Origin: Chiloscyllium plagiosum
Taxonomy: Eukaryota
Reading direction: 5' to 3'
DNA: 64,000 bases
Assembly: GCF_004010195.1 (NCBI RefSeq)
Contig: NC_057749.1
Span: 15,309,726 to 15,373,725, forward strand
In this document: in pieces, positions 11,446 through 23,370 of the stretch
How positions within the stretch are numbered: position 1 is the first letter of the stretch
Layout of the letters: each line of letters opens with the position of its first letter
Translations under genes and position numbers: made by a program
The notes under the pieces: model-generated
What the model was told of the DNA's origin: nothing
Database searches by the model: none
What the model saw: only the letters and a program-made list of their open reading frames with translations

Positions 11446-12451
11446 TTGAGCAGATAGGAAGATGCGTTTTATAAATGAGATTTTTTTCATTTTGGCAATG
11501 CTTTTTAAACACTTGCGCCCTGGCTATCTCAGCATTTAGAAACTTTTGAATGTAATCTTTAACTACACTCTTCATTTACCTCATGAAACTTTAAAGACTT
11601 AATAATACTGCCAAAGAAAATAAATCAGTGGAAGTTTACAGGAAAAAAGTACCAGTAAATATTGTTGGAGTGAGGGAACATGGGATTCAATGATAATAGT
11701 AATTGTACCTAGTTAATCCAGAACTTTTGAGTACTTTTTTGCACTTGACTGAGCCTGTCTGAACAAGCTTTGTGCAAGCCTGTCATAGCCAAATCATTTC
11801 ATTGGTACATACAATGCTCCAGCACCTTACAGTCAAAATGTTGAACCTGGTGTAGGCAAGTTTATTGAACTAACCATGCAGTTTAATGGAGGTGGCTATT
11901 TCTGTGGACACCTGAAGGTGAATTGTATGTTTTATTTTAGGTAAGTGGTGATTTTGTCAAGTTTCGGTCTGTGAGCCCTAGCAAGCTTTCTTGCCAAGTC
12001 ATCCCAGACTTGCCTCATGATCCCTCCTTGAAGGTGACGCTGTCATCTGATGCTAATATGATTCTACCAGAAGAACCTGATATTGTTGGGATAACCTGGA
12101 ATCAACTGGCATCCCTGACACTTACTCCATAGTGCACGTGGAGAAGCACTGTCAGTGTGGAACAGTCCTGCACAGTTTGTGATGTTTGACCTGAATATGG
12201 TAGATAAGGGGAAATTAACAACTCGCTTTGTGGACAGGGACCTGGAGTAGTTATTGATAGGGTGAAGCAGAGGAGGGACATGTTTCTTCCTCAGTACTGC
12301 CAAAGGAGGCCACAACGCCAGACCCTGCCAGGTTGATCTGAGGTTGCGATCTGGATCAGTGCAGTCTCAGTTATTTGGAAGAATGCCCAGCAATGTAGGA
12401 AGGAAGTCAGTGACTATCTCTGTTCCTCCACTGTCTTCTCTCTGCTATGTC

Positions 12452-12583
12452 TGATTTCCTGAAGAAGGGCTCATGCCCGAAACGTCGATTCTCCTGCTCC
12501 TTGGATGCTGCCTGACCTGCTGCGCTTTTCCAGCAACACATTTTTCAGCTCTGATCTCCAGCGTCTGCAGTCCTCACTTTCTC
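12452..12583 (+). mobile_element. Short Penelope-derived element (family P2) with hammerhead core
   Basis: TTTC-CTGAAGA-A-GGGC-TCAT-GCCC-GAAA-CGTC-GATT at 12455-12490; TSD ctatgtc at 12445-12451 and 12584-12590. Confidence 0.75.
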
Positions 12584-12591
12584 CTATGTCA

Positions 12592-12870
12592 GGGTGGCTT
12601 GGTGGCGCAGTGGTTAGCACTACTGCTTCACAGCACCAGGGTCCAGGTTCGATTCCAGCCTCGGGTGACTGTCCGTGTGGAGTTTGCACATTCTGCCTGT
12701 GTCTGTGTGGGTTATCTGCAGGTGCTCCGGTTTCCTCCCACAGTCCAATTGCCCATAGTATTAGGTGCGTCATTCAGAGGGAATTGGGTCTGGGTGGGTT
12801 ACTCTTCAGAGGGTCGGTGTGGATTGGTTGGGCTGAAGGGCCTGTTTCCACACTGTAAGGAATCTAATCA
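12592..12870 (+). mobile_element. HE1-like V-SINE
   Basis: tRNA-like head (GGTGGCGCAGTGGTTAGCAC...GGTTCGATTCC), V-domain (GGAGTTTGCACATTCT...GCTCCGGTTTCCTCCCACAGTCCAA) and a CR1-like tail. Confidence 0.85.
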
Positions 12871-13959
12871 TACTCACTCTTACTCTGCCATTGCACTCAT
12901 CTCCCACCAGTGCTAATGGCGTACAGCTCCCACTATTGCATGAAAGAGCCTAAGTAGGCTATCAGGTGACAAGCCACTTCTTGCAGCCTCTAGAGAAGTG
13001 TTAAATGAACATTTTCAATTGATAGGATCATATGAATACCACATACTGCAAGCGAAACAATGCGACAAAGTGCAGCTGCCCTTCAGACCAATTCAAAGTC
13101 AAGAGTTTCAAGGAAAAATGACTCACTTACCTGGATGAGTCATAGTCGACTCAAGTTATTCCAGAGAACAATATGCCCATGGCCCACTCAGAACCTTGCC
13201 CGCATTTCCCATTCTGTCAGGTCGCATTCTCAGAAAACCATTTGCTTAAGGAAATTAAACAGGTGAATATGCAGACGAGGCAGTTCCTAACTCAATCTCT
13301 TCCTTTGCTGGTTTAGCTAAAATAGATGTGGCTGGGACATTATAATTCTCACACTTTGAGAGGTGAAAGCTAAGCTGTGTGCTCATTTCTGCTCCCCCCT
13401 CCACTTACTGGAGATACCTGTGTGTTATTGTTGTATCAGGAGAGAATTACATGCAGCTGGGATACATTACATGGAAAAATAGCACACTGACACCCATGGA
13501 CTAGACCCACACATGGCTTCTGGAATGAGATTGAAAAGCACTTGGCCTCATTCAACAAGATCCAACAAGTCTAGAAGAAGGGAAAGAATTGGTCATGCTA
13601 ATGCTAAAGGACGACCTGTGAATATGCAGGTCAATCCGTATTTAAAGCTTAATACTACACACATCAAAATAATTCACTTTAAAATGAATTTTTTGTTCGT
13701 CACCAGCAAAAAAGTACTTGGAAAACTGTTTGTAGTGGCAACATGGATTAATAATAAGTGTATGAAGGAGAAATGTTGACAGTGAGTCCAGAGGGTTTGC
13801 TCGTTGAAAGCTTAGGGTGGGTTATCAGGGGCCAGTGGTGGTGGCAGGGATGCTAGGGAAGTCAATTGTCAGGATTGGTGGAAACATGCTAGGATGCAGA
13901 GGGAATAATAACTCTGGAGGGGAGGCACCTCAAGATGTAAGGATGGGAGCTGATATAGG

Positions 13960-16560
13960 CAGGGAAGACAGGGAAGAAGCTCTCCTTAAACCTGTTAGTG
14001 TGTGTGTATGTGTGTGTGTTCAAGCTTCTGTGTCGTCTGCCTGACAGACAAGATTGGAAGAGAGCATTACCAGGGTTGGAAGGGTCTTTGTTGATATTGG
14101 TAGCCTTTCTGCGACAAGCAGAAGTGTATATGGAGTCCATTGATGGGAGGTTGGCTTCCGTGATGGGCTGGGCTGTGCGCACAACTTTCTGAAGTTTTTA
14201 CAGTCCTGGGCAGAGCAGTTGCCATACCAGGTTGTTAAGCACCCAGATAGAATGCTTTCTATGATGCATGTGTAAACACTGTTGAGGATGCTTTTGGACA
14301 TACCGAATTTCCTGAGCCTCCGAAGGAAGAAGAGGCATTGTTGTGCCTTCTCGACTGTCACATCAAAGTGGGTGGTCCAGGACGGATTGTCAGTTATTGT
14401 CACTCCTAGGAATCTGACTCTCTTGACCCTCTCCACCTCAGCTCCGTTGATGTTGATACGGACATGTCCTCCTCCTTTCTTCCTAAAGTCAATGATCAAT
14501 TAGACTTTTGGAAATGTACAATACGGAAACAGACCCTTCTTTCCATCTCGTCCATGCTGACCAGATATGCTAAATTAATCTAGTCCTATTTGCCAGCACT
14601 TGGCCCATATCCCTTTAAATGCATATACCTATCCAGATGCCTTTTAAATGTTGCAATTGTTCCAGCCTCCACTACTTCCTCTGGCAGCTCATGCCATACA
14701 CACACCACCCTCTGGGTGAAAAAGCTGCCCCTAAGGTCCCTTTTAACTTTGTCTCCTCTCACGATAAACCTATGTCCTCAAGTTCTGGGCACCCTCACCC
14801 CAGGGAAAAGACCTTGGCAACATCCTTGTAAATCTTTTCTGAACCCTTTCAAGTTTCACAACATCCTTCCTATAGGAGGGAGACCAGAATTGCACGCAGT
14901 ATTCCAATAGTGGCCTAACCAATGTCCTGTACTTTCTTTCGTTTTGCCATCATTGAGACAGAGGTTCTTATCATTGCACCATGTCACCAAGCCCCCTATC
15001 TCCTTCCTGTATTCAGATCCATTGTTGTTTGATATCAGTCCTACCACGGTGGTGTCATCAGCAAACTTGTAGATGGCATTTGTTCAGAATTTGGCAACAC
15101 AGTTATGAGTGAACATGGAGTACAGTAGGGGGCTGGGAACACATCCTTGCAGGGGGTTAGTGTTGAGGGTTATTGTGGAGGAGGTGCATTTGTCTATTTT
15201 CCCTGATTGCAGTCTGTGAGTCCGAAAGCTGAGAATCCAGTTGCAGAGGGCTGAGCCAAGACTGAGGTCTTGGAGATTTGAGGTTAGTCTGGAGGGGATT
15301 ATGATGTTGAAAGCAGAGCTGAACTGGATGAGTAGGAGCCTGACCTAGGTCTCCTTGTTCTCCAGATATTCCAGGGATGAGTGTGGGGCTTGGGAAATGG
15401 CATCTGGTGTGGACCTATTTCGCTGGGAGGGCAAATTGTAGCATCTGGTGTGGACCTATTTCGCTGGGAGGGCAAATTGTAGGGACCGAGGAAGGCTGGG
15501 AGACTTGAATTGATGTAGGCCATGACCAGCCTCTTGAAGCACTTCATGAATATGGAGGTCAGAGCCACTGGGTGGTAGCCATTAAGGCACATTGCGTGTG
15601 TGTTTTCTATGGTAATAGGATGGTGGTGATCTCTTTGAAGCATGTGGGGACTTCAGCTTGTAGAAGGGAGAGGTTGAAGGTGTAAGTGAAGACCTCCACC
15701 AGCTAGTCCGCACAGGATCTAAGTGTACGGCCTGAACCTCCGTCCGGGCCAGTCGCTTTCCTAGGGTTGACTCTCAGGAAGACCAAGAGTCTGTGGTGGT
15801 GATGGAGAGAACAGGAGCAACCAGGCCTGTCGGGGCAGGTGATACCATGCTGCTAGCATTCTGCTTGAACTGAGCATAGAAAACATTGAGCGCATCAGAG
15901 AGGGATGTGTTTTGTCCGCTATTTTCCTCTCCTTATTTTGTATCCCGTTATGTTGTGTAGGCGGCCAGTGTCCGTATGGTTGGTTTAGGCCTCTAACCTG
16001 GTCCAGTACTGCCTGTTGGCATCTCTGATGGTTTTGCAGAGGTCATATCTGGATTTCCTGTACAGGTCTGGGTCGTCCAACTTGAAAGCTGCACACCTGG
16101 CCTTCAGTAGGCAATGGATTTCCCGGTTCATCCAAGGTTTCCGGTTGGGGACCATCCGATTGACTTCTTTGGTACACAGTCCTCCACACACTTGCTAATG
16201 AAACCTATGGCAGAGGTGGCGTACTCATCTAGGTTGTCTGCTGAATCCTTGAACACGGTCCAGTCCAGTTCGAAGCAGTCCTGGAAAAGCTCTTCTGCTG
16301 CCTCAGATCAGCATTGTGCTACTTTCTGTGAAGGATCCTCCTGTTTCAACTTCTGCTTGTAAGCTGGGAGGAGGAACACAGTATCGTGATCTGATTTTCC
16401 GAAGTGTGGACAGGGATAGGAGCCATAGGTTTCTTTGATGGTTGTGTAGCAGTAGCCCAGGATAATTGGTCCTCTGTTGGAGCAGGAGATGTTTTGGTGT
16501 GACTTTGGCAGCACCCTCGAGGTTGGCCTGGTTGAATATCCTCTCCAGAGTGTTTGTGGC
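13960..16560 (-). mobile_element. Rex1/Babar-like LINE, decayed ORF, interrupted by a CR1 insertion
   Basis: Minus-strand peptides [49 protein letters not shown] and LNDGKTKE / IIDFRKK...FLGVTITDN...QQCLFFLRRLRKFG. Confidence 0.85.
14501..14931 (-). mobile_element. CR1-clade LINE 3' fragment nested in the Rex1 copy
   Basis: Similar to 1615-2240; it splits the Rex1 motif KTKE|LIIDFRK. Confidence 0.85.
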
Positions 16561-16854
16561 CGGGATACTATTGTGATTGGGGGAAGTGGGATACTGCTGT
16601 GAACAGGGAGCGGTTATGCTGGTAAGGAGGCTATCTACCTTGTTTTCCTAGATGAAAGTGGCCATGGGTCATTCATTGTAGGCCTGAACACCCTTCCGAC
16701 CCCTACCTGCCTGCCATACTAGTTGTTGAAGCCCATAAAGCCTGCCCTCTCATTATACAGGACTAGCCAAGTTATCAGATAATTATATGGAAATAAGGCT
16801 CATATCATGATCTGTCAAGAGTGCTCTTCAGTTGGTGTATTCTCTTTCTGCAGT

Positions 16855-17100
16855 GTCAGCCATAACTCAGTGGTTGGCATTGTATGTTTGTGACAGTTGC
16901 CTAACACCAGAGACTTCAGTATATTGTCCAGGTCAATGTTCCAGGACAGTATTGTATTTACCTTTTGTATGAGACATTACACCAAGGTCCTATCTGTTCC
17001 CTTAGGTTGGTGTAAATGGTCCCACATAATAGTTTGAAGATGAGCCAGTAATTTTTTCCCCAATAATGTCGCTAATGTTTATCCTCATCCAACATCACTA
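16855..17100 (+). mobile_element. Deu-domain SINE, decayed
   Basis: tRNA-like head then atgagacattacaccaaggtcctatctg...tttgaagatgagc...aatgtttatcctcatccaacatcact. Confidence 0.5.
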
Positions 17101-17104
17101 ATTT

Positions 17105-17530
17105 CATAGAATCCCTATGGTGTGGAAGCAGGCCGTTCGGCCCATCAAGTCCACACTGACCCTCCGAAGAGACCCAGACTCTATCCTTGTAACACTGCAT
17201 TTCCTTAGCTAACCAACCTAGCCTGGACCTCCCTGAATACTATGGGTGATTTAGCATGGGCAACCCACCTCACCAAAATATCGCTGTGGGAGGAAACCAC
17301 ATAGACACAGGGAGAATGTGCATACTCCACACAGCCAGTCACCAAGGGTGAGATTGAACTTGGGTCCCGAGCACTGTAAGGCAGCAGCATTAATCACTGA
17401 GCCAACATGCTGGCCCCTGTGAAATAGAGATAGATTACTTACAGTGTGGAACCTGCACATTTTTGGACTGTGGGTGGAAACCCGCACAGAATCAGGGCGA
17501 ATGTGCAAACTCTACCACCGTGCCGCCCCA
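17105..17530 (-). mobile_element. HE1-like V-SINE plus a second partial copy
   Basis: ctgtgggaggaaacc...gggagaatgtgca.actccacacag...gcagcagca..aa.cactgagcca. Confidence 0.8.
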
Positions 17531-18436
17531 CTGTAGTGCAGATTGATACTTGCAAATGGCCGCATTATTGTAGCATGTACAGAACTGTTTGTGCAGTTGA
17601 GGTGATGTACATGTTTGAATAATGCACTTGTAGTTGACTTGATTCCTTCCTCTTGCATTCTGATAAAGATATTTCTTGGTCATAGACAAATCTTTCAAAA
17701 ACAATCTGCAAGAGAGTCTTGACTTGAAACTTTAAAATTATTTTCTACCCCCTTCTCCTCAAAACTGAAGTGTTTAAATGTGTATTTTAATCAAGTGTAT
17801 CCCAGTCATTTCCTGTGTTTGATTTCTGACCAGTGCCTCAACCAAATCTTTTTTTGAAAACAGATTTACATTTGTGATTTTATTTTGGAGGAGATGCAAT
17901 AAAGTCGCTTTTTGTTATCTTAGTAAATCCTGGGTGTTGGTGAGGGGACAGAAAGTGAGGTTCATTTTGATTCCCCTCACTGGGTGCAATTTCAGAACAC
18001 TTCCTTTTTTATACCATGTAGTTTACACAGAATTTATCTGGCCATTATTGAATTACTATTTGTGGGGTCTTGCTATGTGCAAATTGGCCTCCCCAGTTTC
18101 CTACATTACAACAGTAACTACACTTCAGAAGGGATATGATGAATAAAGCAGGCAAGATAACTGATATCTCAGACACAGTGTCAACATGGTTGCTATGTTG
18201 TTTACAAATAGGAAATGTACTGTTACAGGGAAGACTTTTCACAATGGAGAGATACTGTAGGAGTGATTACTTCTGTGTTCCCAGGGTGTACAGGGTACAC
18301 AGCCAGAAAGCTGAACCTACAGGTAACCCCCGCTCCTTTTGCAAGCGTCTGCAAAATCACTCTGACATGCAACACCACTACCTGCTGCTTTTCTGCCGAG
18401 GCCTGTGGTAACAGGGTTAACATACTACAGTCTGTA

Positions 18437-18520
18437 CCAAATAAGGACAGCTGTGCGTCTTTGGCTTATTATAAAACTGACACACCGAACAGACATTTTG
18501 CATGAGTCAAACACCATCTG
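18437..18520. promoter_or_regulatory. Candidate muscle enhancer (CArG + E-box + AP-1)
   Basis: CCAAATAAGG at 18437-18446, CAGCTG at 18448-18453, TGAGTCA at 18503-18509, all in repeat-free sequence. Confidence 0.3.
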
Positions 18521-18837
18521 TAAAAACACAGATCCAAATATAACAGCACAAACGATTAATATACTTTCAGGCCAGGCGTCTGACTTGCACAATTTTGATT
18601 TTAAACTGACAGAGCCCAAGATACTGGACTATTCCAATTTCACTTTTTCATTCCAATTTTTTTTTCCATTTCCTGGAGGTAGTGAATCACCATAGGACCA
18701 TGGTCTTACAGCTGCTGTATCTCTTTGATACCTCGTCCAAGCCTTGTCGTTATCTGTTGTGAGGCTATGTGGGGACAGAGGTGGTCATAACACAGCCAAC
18801 ACCTGTTCCGTCCGTGTGTAGGTATTTTTAATTAAAC

Positions 18838-19152
18838 ACAAATCCCTACAGAGTGGAAGCAAGCCATTCAGGCCATTGAATCCACACTGACCTTCTGAAG
18901 GACATCCCGCCCAGACCCAACCTATCCCCGTAACACTGTATTTCCCATGGCTAGTTTCCAGCCTGCCCACTATGGGCAATTTAGTATGGCTAATCCACCT
19001 AACATCTTTGGACTGTGGGAGGAAACCAGAGCTCCCAGAGAAAACCCATGCAGACACGGAGAATGTGCAAACTCCACACAGACAATGCTGGAATTGAACC
19101 CAAGTACCCGGTGCTGTGAGGCAGCAGTGCTAACTACTGAGCCAGTGTGCCA
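18838..19152 (-). mobile_element. HE1-like V-SINE
   Basis: Full reverse-complement copy of the 12592 element. Confidence 0.85.
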
Positions 19153-19395
19153 CCAATTAGTTTGTTAGAGATGTCATACCTACATCTGGAACAGATGGGA
19201 GTTGAGCCTGGGCCTCCTGGATCAGAGATAGGCACAATTAGACAGAGACAGCTGGTGGTGATTTAACCTGACAGTCACATTGCCTCAGACAAGGGGAGAG
19301 GTTGAGAAAAAGAGTCTGCCTTGGTAATCTCAGCCGGTGATATGAATTGAACTCCTGCTATCATCATCACATCACTTTGCAAACCAACCGTCCAG

Positions 19396-19539
19396 GTAAA
19401 AATAAGGACTGCAGATGCTGGAAACCAGATTCTTGATTAGAGTGGTGCTGGAAAAGCACAGCAGTTCAGGCAGCTTCCAAGGAGCAGGAAAATTGACGTT
19501 TCAGGCAAAAGCCCTTCATCAGGAATAGAGGAATCATGG
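19396..19539 (-). mobile_element. Short Penelope-derived element (P2 variant) with hammerhead core
   Basis: gacgtttcaggcaaaagcccttcatcaggaat; near-perfect TSD aaccaacYgtccag at 19382-19395 and 19540-19553. Confidence 0.7.
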
Positions 19540-20699
19540 AACCAACTGTCCAGCCAACTGAGCTAAACCAATACCTGTAGGGACACTATCACTGTGCCAC
19601 AAAAGCCTATATTTTCAGCTATTTGTAAATGCTGACTTCCCAATGGCTGGTTAGTTCTTAGGGTCAGTAGATTTGCCGAAGGCATTTTTAACATTCCATT
19701 CCACTGTCTGTGAAGAGATGAGGCATCCAGGGCACTTTTGGATCTGATTTGATGAATTGGTTTCAGTCTCCCTAGGGTAATGTGAACAGAGAGGGGTTCT
19801 TGCTCCCAATTAATGTGCTATGAACAGAACTGCAGTGGAACATTTATTAAGTTCAAAGGTGGCTCATCTGTGAAGCCCCTCACAGTCAAATTGCCCAACC
19901 CTAATCTCACATTTGGAAGGTTGCCATGCGAAGTTACAGCCCAGACTGAGACATCACCATTGTGGTGAGGTGGGAAAATGAGAGGAGAAACCAAAGCCCT
20001 TTATTCAATGGATGAGGTTGTAAGCACTAACTAGGTAAACAGAACTGCATGGTAGCTCTGTGGGACGTCAAATTCAAAAATGTCATTTGTTTTATCTTTT
20101 TACTCTCTGCAAAGTCTGTATTAAATGGATTGAGATCCCTTTATATGTGTTTATAGATAATTGTTTTATGAATAAAATGTACTTTTTGCAATAAAAAAGA
20201 GCAGATTACAAAACCACAGGCCAATCAGCCTTTCAAACCTGTTTGGCCTTTCAATTAGATATTTGGGCTGAAAGGGTTAAACTAGGAGAGCTGGTATTAA
20301 CTAGGTTTGTATTCTTTGAAATACAAAAGTTTATGGGGTGATGTTGGGGTAGAAGGACAGAAAATTCTGCTAGTGAGGAGTCAAGGACCAATTGTAAAAT
20401 CAGAACCAGTCAATTTGCAAGAAAAGTTGGAAACCACTTCTAAATACCATGGTTGAAAGAAGAGGGCACTCTCTCACAAAAAAAAGTGCCAACTCGATTG
20501 ACCAGATTAAATATGCAGTTGATCAATTTTTGCTAGTTTAGGGTATTAAAGGTTATTGAGCCAAGGCACATCAATGGAGTTACAATACTCACCCGGTGTG
20601 ATCTCTTAGAATGGAGGAACAGGGTTAAGGGCTATCTGCTGTTCCTTACCTTTTACTGTGGCTGATCATTTCCCCAACTAAGGAAAATCTATTCATCCC

Positions 20700-21010
20700 A
20701 GTGTGGACAGTGAGAGCCTTTTCCCTTGGATGGTGATGGCTAGCATGACGGGACATAGCTTTAAATTGAGGGGTGATTGATATGGGACAGATGTCAGAGG
20801 CAGGTTCTTTACTCAGAGAGTAGTAGGGGCATGGAATGCCCTGCCTGCAACAGTAGTAGACTCGCCAACATTAAGGGCATTTAAATGGTCATTGGATAAA
20901 CATATGGATGAAAATGGAATAGTGTAGAACAGATGGGCTTCAGATTGGTTTCACATGTCAGTGCAACATCGAGGGCTGAAGGGCCTGTGCTGTGCTATAA
21001 TATTCTATGT
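20700..21010 (+). mobile_element. CR1-clade LINE 3' fragment
   Basis: GHSFKLRG...FFTQRVVGAWNALPATVV...FKWSLDKHM-like C-terminus and tail. Confidence 0.75.
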
Positions 21011-21589
21011 TCGTTTTAAAAGTATTTTAGCACCCACCGACCTTTTGGGAAGTAAAGTTATAAATGATCACTCCCCTTTGTGTAAAAACTGCTTTTCAAT
21101 TTCAGTTCAAACTATAATTTTAACATTGTGCCCTCACAGCCATAAGGCATTCCTTTAGCCATCATGCTGTTTCATGTTATGCTTCACTTGCATCAGTCTT
21201 TAATTGGCCACTTTCCCCATCACTGATACTTTATATTGATCAAAATGATCACTGTTTGGTAAATCTCAAGTTAAATGTCCAACTCTGTGATTGCAGCAAA
21301 AAATTACTCCTCAAATTATATGGAATTTGAAACACAGAAACTGGTTTTCCATGTTATGCTGGTGTTTACGCTCTTAATTATCTTCCTGATATACTATGTC
21401 TCCATTCTTAACGTATTCTTAAAATCCAATTTATCAGATATTGCTTCATCCAGTGTTTACTCAACAGACGTGACCTATGCCAGCACAATACTATTTGTTA
21501 TATAGGACTGTATCATCTATCCATAATCGTGGTCAGATGAGTCATTAAAATTATGGTAATTTCTGTCTGTTCCCTGGTTTCAGATGAAC

Positions 21590-21860
21590 AACGGTGTTAT
21601 AGTGTTAATGTCACAGAACTAGTAAACCAGAACTCCAGGATAATGCACTGAGGACATACGTTTGAATTCCATCTTGATATTTGAATTCATTAGAAATCTA
21701 GTATTAAAAGCCAATAAAAAGAAGTCTGGTTTATGTGTGGCTCCAGACCCATAGCAGTGTGGTTAACCAGCTTCTGAAATAGCCTACAACACCAGGCAGT
21801 TCAAGAGCAAGTAGAGATTGTCAACAAATGCTGCCAGCAACGTTCAAATCCCATGAAATT
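21590..21860 (+). mobile_element. tRNA-derived SINE
   Basis: ggtgttatagtgttaatgtcac...ctccagacccatagcagtgtggtt...acaaatgctgccagc. Confidence 0.55.
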
Positions 21861-22619
21861 AAAGAAATTAAAGACTTCATTGCACAAGCAAAGGAGAAAC
21901 ACCTATGCTCGCACACACCAAGCAGTATAAAGAAATGAAGGAAAACTGAGTGAGGGAACAAGGTTGTACGTGTTATAAAACAGCTCGCAGTCCAAGTGAA
22001 TCTACTTTTTATAAAAGCCAAATACTGTGGATGCTGGAAATCTAAAATAAACACGGTGAAGACTGGAGAAACTCAGCAGTTGGGAAGAAGACTCAAAATG
22101 TTAACCCTATTTCTAGCCACACATGTGGCCAGACCTGTTGAGCTGCTTCAACCTTCTCTGTGCTTGGTATTGATCTAGTCATAGACTCATACAGCACAGA
22201 AACAGACCCTTTGGTCCAACCTGTCCATGCCAACCATAATCCCAAACTAACCTAGTCCACCTACCAACCTTGACCCAATGTAAAGTGCCTTCCAAAACTA
22301 TTTGTCTTGATGAGGCTAGTGAAATGACAACCAAAAATATGTTGTTCAGGGTGTGACTGTCAGGTTTTCTCTCTATCCCTGAAGGAGGTAATTATTGCCA
22401 ACATATGGCCACACAGGAATTAATCCATGCCCTCCTTGCCTATGGGTGCAGACTATGGGTGGGGTGAGGAGCAGAATCCAATCTTTTCTCTGGTGCCTTC
22501 CACACTTTGAAGAGGGCTTATTAGTTAGCTAACAAGAGCAGGGTTTAATTTCTCCCTTTCCTATATCGAGGGATGGAATGAGTAGGATGAAGCTGCCTTT
22601 ATGTTTATCAGATTGCATA

Positions 22620-23070
22620 GAAAATTGGTACATTCTTGGCTTTGAATCAGAAGCTGTTGATTCAAGTCCCACCTTTGAGACTCAAGCAGTGTAATCCAGA
22701 TTGAACCCCACCCTCCCCCATTTCCCCACCCCAGTGTAGCATCAAAACCTGTTGGAGGTTTTATTTATGAGATGAGGCGTTCATTTGAGGCCCCACATGG
22801 CCTCTCAGATACTTGTAAAGGAATCCGTTGAATGATTTTGAAGAAGAGTAAGGGAATCCTTCCCAGTGCACCGCCCAATATTTATCCTTCAATATACAAT
22901 GAAAAAATCTGATCTGATCATCATCTCAAATCTATTTGTGAAACCTCGTTATGCACACATTGGCTGTCTTATTTATTATGACAGTGACTACCCTTCAAAA
23001 ATACTTTATTGTCAGTGAGCATTTTAGCACATTCTGATATTGTGTGAGGTGCTGTATAAATGTCATGCTG
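22620..23070 (+). mobile_element. Deu-domain SINE (SacSINE1-like)
   Basis: gatgaggcgtt...gaggcccc...gaagaagag...ccaatatttatcc...gacagtgactac..ttcaaaa. Confidence 0.65.
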
Positions 23071-23076
23071 TACAAA

Positions 23077-23370
23077 TCATAGAATCCAACAGTATGGAAG
23101 CATGCCATTTGGCCCATCGAGTCTGCACTAAGCCTCTGAAGAGGATCCCATTCAGAATCACCCTATCCCTGCAACTCCACATTTCCCATGGCTAGCTCAT
23201 CTAACCTGCACATCTTTGGACTGTGGGAGGAACTAGAGCACCCGGAGAAACCAACACAGACACAGGGAGAACATGCAAACTTCACACAGACAATCGCTCA
23301 AGGCTGGAATCGAACCTGGCTCTCTGATGCTGAAGCAGCAGTGCTAACTACTGAGCCACCACGCTGCCAC
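23077..23370 (-). mobile_element. HE1-like V-SINE
   Basis: Full reverse-complement copy. Confidence 0.85.

Noticed and set aside
12592..12665. tRNA-like sequence (also at other SINE heads)
   Set aside because: It is the head of a V-SINE, continues into the V-domain and lacks a proper cloverleaf.
13125..13134. ACTTACCTGG matching the U1 snRNA 5' end
   Set aside because: Similarity stops after about 10 nt; it is simply the complement of a splice-donor consensus.
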